Below are positions 29,493-37,215 of a stretch of DNA of 64,000 nucleotides, one piece after another. The DNA is from Desulfomonilia bacterium (GTDB lineage: Bacteria > Desulfobacterota > Desulfomonilia > UBA1062). The notes below the pieces were generated by a model. That model did not search any database, was not told the origin of the DNA, and saw only the letters and a list, made by a program, of their open reading frames with translations. A program made the position numbers and the translations under genes. Location of the stretch: positions 1,024,001 through 1,088,000 of the forward strand of contig CAXXDQ010000003.1 of NCBI GenBank assembly GCA_963664325.2, written 5' to 3'. Numbering within the stretch: position 1 is the stretch's first letter; every line of letters begins with the position of its first letter.

Positions 29493-30314
29493 TCAGATCT
29501 TCTTTTCAGACATCTTGTCACGAAGGAACTGAAACCCCGGTGTGATATTTTCTGTGATGTCCATTGGCAGCATGGCCTTGGCCGGATAACCCATGTTCAT
29601 GACCCCGCCTGCCTTGAAAAGATTTTCCAGCATCTCGAATATGCTGTCGGCCGGCATCCCGACGGCAAGCTCGTTTTCTCCAATGCCGGCAAAAGACCGG
29701 TCGCCCATGCCCGGAATCACCACCTGGGGGCTGCCCAGAAGAAACGGCAGCAGCGCGCCTTTGACGCAGGATTCACCGAACCCCTCGAAGAACGAATGCA
29801 CGACCTGCCTGTACGCATAGCATAAACCATGGATCATGTGGGTAACCTGAACGCCGTCCCCGTAGATAAGGATGCTGTCCGGAATCATCTGTGCATCTTT
29901 GAGGGGAGATGTTACAAAACCGCAATACTGCTTCAGCCGCTCTTCTCCTTTGGAGCGCAGCAGAGCCCATGCGCCTTGAACCCTTCGTGTTTCCGCAGCC
30001 CTGTCCATGTGCCAGCCCTGCCGGACCTGACTCTCGATGAGGTCCTCCATGGAAACGTCAGACCACCCGTGAAAGGCGGTTGCCGGCGTGCAGAAATTAT
30101 CATCCCCAGTCATGGCGACGGGCATGCCCCACTTTCGGCTCAACGTTAAGGCCTGGCAGAGGGACAGCTTTTTATGCGCCTTTATGGGCCGGTATATACC
30201 TTCCGGGATCTCCAACTCATTCTTAATATAGGTTATTGCGACCGGGTATGATGCAAGGTGCAGCTTATGATATATGTCTCCGCCTGCTTTCCTGAATTCT
30301 TCAAGTGTTCCCAT
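29493..30314 (-). CDS. DUF169-family protein
   Basis: SYPVAI, SLCQA, CTPA, ESC and PGMGDRSFAG...ELAVGMP pattern. Confidence 0.75.
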   Translation of the reverse strand: MGTLEEFRKAGGDIYHKLHLASYPVAITYIKNELEIPEGIYRPIKAHKKLSLCQALTLSRKWGMPVAMTGDDNFCTPATAFHGWSDVSMEDLIESQVRQGWHMDRAAETRRVQGAWALLRSKGEERLKQYCGFVTSPLKDAQMIPDSILIYGDGVQVTHMIHGLCYAYRQVVHSFFEGFGESCVKGALLPFLLGSPQVVIPGMGDRSFAGIGENELAVGMPADSIFEMLENLFKAGGVMNMGYPAKAMLPMDITENITPGFQFLRDKMSEKKI

Positions 30315-30436
30315 CTGTAACCTCCAAATCTTCTCAAGGGAAATCCTGGTGCTGTTCGCCCGGTTTCCGGAACATCTCTGAGGCGACGGCAGATGCCGGT
30401 TCAGGCTGCCGGATTATGCCGTGATACACAGCCTGC

Positions 30437-31813
30437 TTATCCACATGCGGATTCAACGGGCGTTCTGCTCTTTTTGGAGATACGAGCAGCTGCGTCCTTG
30501 TGGCCCTCGATGCGCTCCGCCACTGCCTTCTTCAAGCGGCGGTCATAGCGGATGCCGTTAATGACGGATTTGGGCTCAAGTCCGAAATAGCGTTTATGGA
30601 ATATAATGGCAGAGGCCAGCGCATCCCTGAGCATTTCCAAAAGGCCTATTTTGGGGAGATTCTTTTTATAAACAGGGAGTGCCTCATCATAGGTGGGCAC
30701 ATTCACCATGTCGCCATCCGGTCCGAGCACCACCAGCCCCCCGTTTACCAGGAGCTTATAGCGTTTGGCGGTTTCCTCCAGGGTCGGCCCGCACACAAGC
30801 GCACATTGCCCGCAGGTAAGGATGCGGTCGTCTCTGAGGCCTGTGACGCCAAGCTTTTCTGCAAAGGAGAAGAACGCCCTTTCGCGTTCATTGCGCATGA
30901 GATTTTCGGGATGCTTATCCAGGTATTCATTTACGATCTCCTCTGGAACAAGCTCGTTTCCGATGGAGCGGATCAGGGAGTAGCGCGGGGCGGAGTCGCC
31001 TGAGAGTGTCCCCTTGAGCAGGAGCTGCAAATGGATGGCCGCCTTAGTTAGCGAATCAACAGGTCTGTCGATCCAGGGTTCGATCCAGTGGTAGGACCAT
31101 GTGGTCCATTTCTTGTCCGGTGAAAGCCCGTGCAAACCGAAACAGGAAATATTGCACAGGTTGATGTCGCGGCGTTTGCCCCGCGGGTGGAGTGTGCCGT
31201 TTAAGAGCACATATTCTTCTTCGTCATCCCTGAACATCTGCGCGGCGCAGGTCTTGTCGCACATCCGGCACGTGCTGCAGTAGCTGTCGATAAAATGGCG
31301 AGGTGAAAACCTTAAAGGGTCGCTTGCGAGAACTGCATCGGTCACCACTGTGCCCAGATATATGGAAGCACCGTATTCCTCGGTCATCACATTGCCTGAC
31401 CAGCCCTGTCCGGCTATGCCCGATGCGACAGCGCCGAAACGGTGCGAGAAACTGGGGAGTGTGGCCAGGACATCAGGATTTCGGCGGTAGTCGTTGTTCG
31501 TCGGTACGGCCCGGGCATGGTATCCCAGCGAACGGATGTAACCGGCCACGAACTCTGCGGTGCGGTACATCTGCTGGTTCATTCTGACCTGGTCCAGGTT
31601 GTGGGGCACCGGGGACTTCTTGCCCAGAAAATCGTATATCGCCTGTATATCCATGGGCAGGGCCATTGAAATGATAGACCGGGCTCCCGGCATGACATAG
31701 GACGGATCGAGCGATGGCGGACCATCAAGACGATCAGGACCCGCGATGCCAACCACCTCAATCCTCTGGCCATGGACAAAATCCCTGATCTTTTCTTCCA
31801 GGTTGTCCTTCAT
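30437..31813 (-). CDS. Epoxyqueuosine-reductase/reductive-dehalogenase-like Fe-S protein
   Basis: MPGARSIISMA, FSHRFGAVASG..G.SG, YGASIYLGTVVTD, CSTCRMCDKTC, CGQCALVC. Confidence 0.75.
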   Translation of the reverse strand: MKDNLEEKIRDFVHGQRIEVVGIAGPDRLDGPPSLDPSYVMPGARSIISMALPMDIQAIYDFLGKKSPVPHNLDQVRMNQQMYRTAEFVAGYIRSLGYHARAVPTNNDYRRNPDVLATLPSFSHRFGAVASGIAGQGWSGNVMTEEYGASIYLGTVVTDAVLASDPLRFSPRHFIDSYCSTCRMCDKTCAAQMFRDDEEEYVLLNGTLHPRGKRRDINLCNISCFGLHGLSPDKKWTTWSYHWIEPWIDRPVDSLTKAAIHLQLLLKGTLSGDSAPRYSLIRSIGNELVPEEIVNEYLDKHPENLMRNERERAFFSFAEKLGVTGLRDDRILTCGQCALVCGPTLEETAKRYKLLVNGGLVVLGPDGDMVNVPTYDEALPVYKKNLPKIGLLEMLRDALASAIIFHKRYFGLEPKSVINGIRYDRRLKKAVAERIEGHKDAAARISKKSRTPVESACG

Positions 31814-31846
31814 TTAGAGCCTCCATACGTCAGCTGTCGAACTGCA

Positions 31847-32090
31847 AAGCTGAAAATAATCCGTTAAGCTGTTAAGCAGAATGAAAATATCAGCTGGTAA
31901 GAAGAATCGAGGGCGGCTTTGCTTATCAGCTTATCAGGTATTCTAGCAGGTATTAAACCGTTAAGCTATTGAGCTTTTGAGCTATTAAGCTGTTAAGCAA
32001 AAAAGAAGCTGGTAAGCTTATAGCTGATAAGTTAACAGGCAAAACCGTCTTTGATTCTGCTCACCAGCTCAATAGCTTAACAGCTTCTTT
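31847..32090. repeat. AGCT-core short-unit repeat/palindrome tract
   Basis: Repeated TTAAGCTGTTAAGC, AGCTGGTAAG, AGCTGATAAG and complements (AGCTTATCAG, TAGCTTAACAGCTT). Related tracts at about 37053-37160 and 42198-42222. Confidence 0.7.
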
Positions 32091-32100
32091 TTCTGAAAAT

Positions 32101-32136
32101 AAAAAGGGTCCCCCTGTTTCCAGGGGAGCCCTTTTT
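32101..32136 (-). terminator. Rho-independent terminator (possibly bidirectional)
   Basis: AAAAAGGGTCCCCCTG-TTTC-CAGGGGAGCCCTTTTT immediately after the stop at 32142. Confidence 0.85.
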
Positions 32137-32141
32137 ACAGG

Positions 32142-34244
32142 CTATATGCCAAATACGTGTCCGTTGACGGTCTCGCCGTTGTACACCACCGAGGTTGTTC
32201 CTGTTTGAGGTTCCTGGCCCACTATAGGAATGGAAACATTCGTGAACTTGCCGGAAAAATTGCCTGTGAAAGCAATCGTACCGGTTAATGTGCCGTTGCC
32301 GCTCAAACTGACCGTACCGCTTAACGTACCGTTGATGATAACTCTACGGGTCCCGCTGCAGTCAATGGTGCCTGTGGATACGATGTAGTTCTGCGAATCA
32401 ATGTAATTGGTAAATGTTTCATTGAGCAGGCCGCTCAGGCCGCTCTGTGTGATCCTGAAACGTACATTCCCGTCACCGCATGGGTCATAGTATGTCTCAT
32501 CAGTGCCCAGGCCCGGACTGGGATCCTGGAGCATGACTTTCATCATGGGATTCCCTGCCGTCAGTTTCGCGATGGTGAAAAATTCTTCAATGGTATAATC
32601 CACACGGCCCTGGTCGTAGCTGCTGAATTCGCTGATGGAGTACAGGGGCGAGGAACTGCTGGCCTTGACCTTGAAGTACCTGTAATTCTTGAAGGTGTTT
32701 ATAATCGGGCGCGCTTCTGCCTCATATGCGTTCATGGTCTCAAATGTCAGTGTTTCCGGCAGGGGCGGGAGGTCCAGCGTTTCGGTCTGCATGACGTCAT
32801 AGGATGTGGCCGGTGCGTTGACCGATCCTTCAAGAGTATATGTGCCGTCAGGTGTGGCTGAGCTGTATATGTAGTAAATTGTCGCATTCGGCACTGTATT
32901 CCAAGTGACCGTGACACGGTCGTTAAGATTGTGGTTAAGGAGCGGGTTCGTAACAGAGGTCAGTACTACATCCGTGGCCTGCACATTCTGCGGTGCCGGC
33001 AGCTGTTCCGCGCATGCCCCGCTGGAAACGACAAGCTGAACCGTCGACCCGGGCTGCACCATCGTTCCGGCGGCAGGGGACTGGCTGATCACACCGCCTT
33101 CGGACACGGTATTGCTGCAGGTCGTGCTCGTGCTGCAGACAAGTCCTGCGGACGAAACAATGTCGCAGCTCGTGGCCGTTGGCACCAGAACCTGACACAG
33201 ACCGGTTGATATTATGCGGTTGACTGTGGAACCGTATGATACGCCTGTCCCTGCCGGCGGGCTCAGGCCGATGAATTCTCCTTGAGACACCGTATTGCTG
33301 CAGTTAAGAACCGTATTGCAATGAAGGCCTGCTGCCTCGATTTCTTCGCATGTAGTTGCATCGGGTACTGTAGCCCCACACAGCCCGGTCGACAGCGACA
33401 GCTGAATAGTGGATCCGGGCTGGACCATGGAGTCTGCCACAGGCGACTGTGATATTACGGAACCTGCCGGTACGGTATTGCTGCAGTGTCTGGTCCTGCT
33501 GCACACGAAACCGGCGGCTTCGACATCCTCACAGCTTGTTACGATCGGTACCGGAACTTCCACGGTGCACGGGCCGGTAGAGATGACCATGCTGACCGTT
33601 GTGCCGGGCTGGACCATGGTGCCTGCCGGCGGGTCCTGGCTGATCACCGTACCGATGAGCGCGGTGTTGCTGCAGCTCTGGGTAGTATCGCATACGAGCC
33701 CGGCCTCTTCAATGTCAGCACAGCCTGTTGCGGCCGGTACGGATACTTCATTGGTCAGACACTCACCGCTTGAGAGTGTAAGTGTCACCGTTGCGCCGGC
33801 CGGTACGACCGTACCCGGTTCAGGAGACTGGCTGATGACCTCGCCTTGGGGCAGAGTTTCACTGCAGTTCTGGACAAGCGAGCATACCAGACCTGCGTTT
33901 ATGATCTCATCGCAGCTTGCGGCCGTCGGGACCGTCGATGGAGGCGAAGCCACCGTTACCTCCCACTCGCGGTCAGATGTCCCGAAACCTCCGAACTGGA
34001 CTTTTACACCCACATTATAGGTGCCGATCGGATGGTTTCCGAAAGTGAAACTGGCTTTCGTTTCACCCGTCTGCGCTACATCGTCTATATACCACTGTAT
34101 CGTACCGAACGCCCTGACTGAAAACTCCTGGTTTGTTCCCCAGGTCAAAGAAACCGGGCCTTCTTCCGGAGATACCGATAGAATACAACCTGACAATACT
34201 AGGAGCGGTATCATAATCCAAAATTGTATGAGTGCTCGCTTCAT
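32142..34244 (-). CDS. Lipoprotein: Ig-like N-domain, 5 Cys-rich PASTA-like repeats, FN3-like domain, C-terminal domain (copy 1)
   Basis: Lipobox LSGC; repeats VP...C....AGLxC....CSxTV..G.VISQSP.AGT.V..G.TV.L..S.G.C; PAPQNVQA...VTWN..YFKVKA. ATG 34244 after AGGAG. Confidence 0.88.
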   Translation of the reverse strand: MKRALIQFWIMIPLLVLSGCILSVSPEEGPVSLTWGTNQEFSVRAFGTIQWYIDDVAQTGETKASFTFGNHPIGTYNVGVKVQFGGFGTSDREWEVTVASPPSTVPTAASCDEIINAGLVCSLVQNCSETLPQGEVISQSPEPGTVVPAGATVTLTLSSGECLTNEVSVPAATGCADIEEAGLVCDTTQSCSNTALIGTVISQDPPAGTMVQPGTTVSMVISTGPCTVEVPVPIVTSCEDVEAAGFVCSRTRHCSNTVPAGSVISQSPVADSMVQPGSTIQLSLSTGLCGATVPDATTCEEIEAAGLHCNTVLNCSNTVSQGEFIGLSPPAGTGVSYGSTVNRIISTGLCQVLVPTATSCDIVSSAGLVCSTSTTCSNTVSEGGVISQSPAAGTMVQPGSTVQLVVSSGACAEQLPAPQNVQATDVVLTSVTNPLLNHNLNDRVTVTWNTVPNATIYYIYSSATPDGTYTLEGSVNAPATSYDVMQTETLDLPPLPETLTFETMNAYEAEARPIINTFKNYRYFKVKASSSSPLYSISEFSSYDQGRVDYTIEEFFTIAKLTAGNPMMKVMLQDPSPGLGTDETYYDPCGDGNVRFRITQSGLSGLLNETFTNYIDSQNYIVSTGTIDCSGTRRVIINGTLSGTVSLSGNGTLTGTIAFTGNFSGKFTNVSIPIVGQEPQTGTTSVVYNGETVNGHVFGI

Positions 34245-34326
34245 GTATTCTCTCCTTTTGTGTGTGATGGCATTTATCATATTCTATGCTGCCCCTTTCT
34301 GCTCTGCTCTGCTCTGCGATAAAAGT

Positions 34327-34355
34327 AAAAGGGGGAAGGCAAAAAGTCTTCCCCC
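34327..34355 (-). terminator. Intergenic GC hairpin / putative terminator
   Basis: GGGGGAAGGC-AAAAA-GTCTTCCCCC with a short T tract on the minus strand. Confidence 0.6.
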
Positions 34356-34372
34356 TGCGTTAGCATTATATC

Positions 34373-36799
34373 CTAGTCCCAGACGGTGAAAGTTATATCA
34401 TCAAGAAAAACACCATCGGTGCCCCAGAAACTGTCGAAATAAAAGCCGACTTTTGTAACAGCCCTGTTGGGAGAATAGCTCTTCAGGTACCACGTGTTGC
34501 CGCTGTCACCACGTATATCCTGGTAATGGCTGTTGTTCAGGTAAATGGACGTTTTGAGTTCTGCCATATTTGCTGCATAGCCGCGGTACTGGAAATCGAT
34601 CTGAATGAGCCAGGTGTTGGTGAAGTCCCTGCTTATCATGAGCGTATTGACGCCAAACCAAGCACCCTGCGCCCAGAAGCTGTAGGAACCGGAATAAGGT
34701 TCCTCATCATCAACATCAATGGTGCCCCAGCTCCCTTCATTGTTCGACTTGTACCAGGGTAAAAATGCGCCGTCGTCCCAGTTCTCAACAATTGTTTCCT
34801 GGAATGTCGTGAGGGTGATGGTATCGGTGGTGCTGTCAGTATCGTCACTCACGACCAGGCTGATTACATATGAGCCGGGTTTGTCAAGCGTAATGGTCGG
34901 ATTCACAATTGCCGCATTGGAAAGTGCTGCCGAGCTGCCTTCAGGGGCTGAATCGATCGACCATGAATAGGTTATCGTATCGCCGTCAAGATCTGAACTG
35001 CCGCTCCCGGAAAGCTGGACCGCACGGTTGGCGTAGTGGACTGTCTGATCAGCCCCGGCATCTGAAACAGGCGGGTTGTTGGACGCGTGAATCTGGACCG
35101 TATCCGCAACGCTGTCTGCATCTCCGTCGTTGACTACAAGGCTCAGCGTGTAATCGCCCTTCTTGTCAGGCGTAAAGGTCGGTTCGGCTATGGTCGGGTC
35201 AGAAAGTTCAGCCGAGCTGCCTGTCGGTGCTGAATCGATCGACCACGAATAGGTAAGTGTGTCGTTGTCGGTGTCGGTGCCGCTGCCGGAAAGCTGTGCC
35301 GTATGATAATTGAGAATGTTTATATCACTGCCGGCATTGGCTGTCGGCGCATGGTTGGTTGTTGTGACGGTAACCGTGTCAGGAGCGCTGCTTATGCTGT
35401 CGGTATCGGTCACGATAAGGCTGAATTCATATGTACCCTTGACATCGGGCATGAAGGTCGGATTGGCAGCTGTTGCATCTGAAAGCTCAGCGGTGCTTCC
35501 GTCCGGGGCTGAGACGATCGTCCATGCATAGGTCAGCACGTCACCGTCAGGGTCGCTTCCGCTTCCGTCAAGCTGGGCTATCTGGGTAAATGGGATAGTG
35601 ATGGGCTCGCCGGCCTCTGCTACAGGCACATGATTGGAAGAGGTTACCAGCACCGTGTCTTCAGCTGTCAGGTCGCCGTCACTCACGGTGAGCGTCATTA
35701 CGTATGCGCCCTTCTTGTCGGGCGTGAACGTCGGGTTGGCGATAGCCTCATCGCTCAGAATGGCGGTGCTGCCATCAGGCCGTGAGGTGACAGACCATGA
35801 ATATGTCAACTCTGTTCCGTCGGGGTCGCTGCTCTCGCTTCCGTCGAGCTGAGCAGTACCGCCCAATTCGGCGATGGTAATATCGTCGCCGGCTCTGGCT
35901 ACGGGCGCATGGTTGTATACGGTTATTATTACCCAGTCCGTACCGCTGTCGAATCGGCCGTCATTCACGACCAGACTTATTACATAAATTCCCTTTTTGT
36001 CGGGAGTGAAGATCGGCGTCATGCTGGTGGAATCATCAAGCACGGCTGCGTTGCCGGTAGGCCCTGAATCGATGGACCAATGGTACGTCAGGTCATGGCC
36101 TTCAAAATCGCTGCTCTCGCTTCCATTGAGCGGGACCGTACTGCCTAATAAGACGGTCTGGTTATCGCCGGCTTCGGCCACTGGCGGAACGAAATCGGAA
36201 TAGGCGTATATGACAACCGCATCAGCCGCACTGTTCGACTCTCCGTCATTTACGATCAGGCGTATGGTATAGGCGCCTTCAACATCAGGAGTAAAGCTCG
36301 GGTTGACGGCATAGGGGTCGTCCAGTTCAGCTTCGCTGAGTTCAGGCCTGGCGACTATTTCCCAGAGATAGGTCAGAGTCTGATCTTCCGGGTCTGTGCT
36401 GCCGCTCCCGTCAAGCTGAACAACGTCGCCGAAATCAAAGAACTGGTCGGGGCCGGCATCGGCTGTGGGGGGAAGGTTGTCAACTACCTCTACAGTCCAT
36501 TCCCTGGTAATTGCTTCATTATTAAACGTGTCTCTTGTCTCAACCCTGATCCTGTTCAGGCCGCTATCCTCTTCATTTGCTTCATAGGTATAGGATGAGC
36601 TTGTGGCCCCATCGATGAGCGTGTCATTCTTGTACCACGCATATGAACCGTTAAACATGCCATAGGTTGAAAAGTCATGACTAGCACCTACCTTGATTAT
36701 GACATTTGTGTCTGTATTGGGAGATGTTCTTAAGATACAGCCACTCAACCAGACGGTTATGATAGAAAGTATTGCCAATAGTATTGCATGTCTCTTCAT
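34373..36799 (-). CDS. Lipoprotein with 6 PKD/REJ-like Ig repeats and C-terminal beta-sandwich tip (acidic variant)
   Basis: Lipobox LSGC; six NxxPxAxAG..LDGSxSxDPxG..LTYxW..PxFTPD..GxY..L.V.DG units; ends DDITFTVWD. Confidence 0.9.
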   Translation of the reverse strand: MKRHAILLAILSIITVWLSGCILRTSPNTDTNVIIKVGASHDFSTYGMFNGSYAWYKNDTLIDGATSSSYTYEANEEDSGLNRIRVETRDTFNNEAITREWTVEVVDNLPPTADAGPDQFFDFGDVVQLDGSGSTDPEDQTLTYLWEIVARPELSEAELDDPYAVNPSFTPDVEGAYTIRLIVNDGESNSAADAVVIYAYSDFVPPVAEAGDNQTVLLGSTVPLNGSESSDFEGHDLTYHWSIDSGPTGNAAVLDDSTSMTPIFTPDKKGIYVISLVVNDGRFDSGTDWVIITVYNHAPVARAGDDITIAELGGTAQLDGSESSDPDGTELTYSWSVTSRPDGSTAILSDEAIANPTFTPDKKGAYVMTLTVSDGDLTAEDTVLVTSSNHVPVAEAGEPITIPFTQIAQLDGSGSDPDGDVLTYAWTIVSAPDGSTAELSDATAANPTFMPDVKGTYEFSLIVTDTDSISSAPDTVTVTTTNHAPTANAGSDINILNYHTAQLSGSGTDTDNDTLTYSWSIDSAPTGSSAELSDPTIAEPTFTPDKKGDYTLSLVVNDGDADSVADTVQIHASNNPPVSDAGADQTVHYANRAVQLSGSGSSDLDGDTITYSWSIDSAPEGSSAALSNAAIVNPTITLDKPGSYVISLVVSDDTDSTTDTITLTTFQETIVENWDDGAFLPWYKSNNEGSWGTIDVDDEEPYSGSYSFWAQGAWFGVNTLMISRDFTNTWLIQIDFQYRGYAANMAELKTSIYLNNSHYQDIRGDSGNTWYLKSYSPNRAVTKVGFYFDSFWGTDGVFLDDITFTVWD

Positions 36800-37169
36800 G
36801 AGTTGCCTCCCAAGTGTTATTTATCCGCATGCTGCAAAAAACCCTCTAACTGAGTAACTTTGTGTCATTAATTTCCTATCGGCAGCTTTTTAAATGACTT
36901 AATTGTTAAAATTAATTTTTCTTAATTTAACGATTATAAAAATTAATGAAATAGATTATAGATATCCTATAGTAATGGCAGTAAATTTCTCTTGAACGCT
37001 TCAAACAGAATCTTGATTATCGGGTTCGATGGTTGGCTGGTACACAAAAAGGAAGCTGATTTGCTGATAAGCCGGTAAGAAAAACCATCTTTGGTTCTGC
37101 TTGCCGTCTCAATAGCTTGACAGCTTGCAAGCCAAGTTTTTATTCAGCTTGTCAGCTTTTCTTTACCGG

Positions 37170-37205
37170 AAAAAAAAGAAACCCCTGTTTCCAGGGGTTT
37201 CTTTT
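37170..37205 (-). terminator. Rho-independent terminator
   Basis: AAAAGAAACCCCTG-TTTC-CAGGGGTTTCTTTT perfect hairpin with T tract after the stop at 37216. Confidence 0.88.
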
Positions 37206-37215
37206 AGCTTACATG

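Noticed and set aside
31847-32090. CRISPR array
   Set aside because: Units are short and degenerate, with no constant repeat-spacer period and no cas genes.
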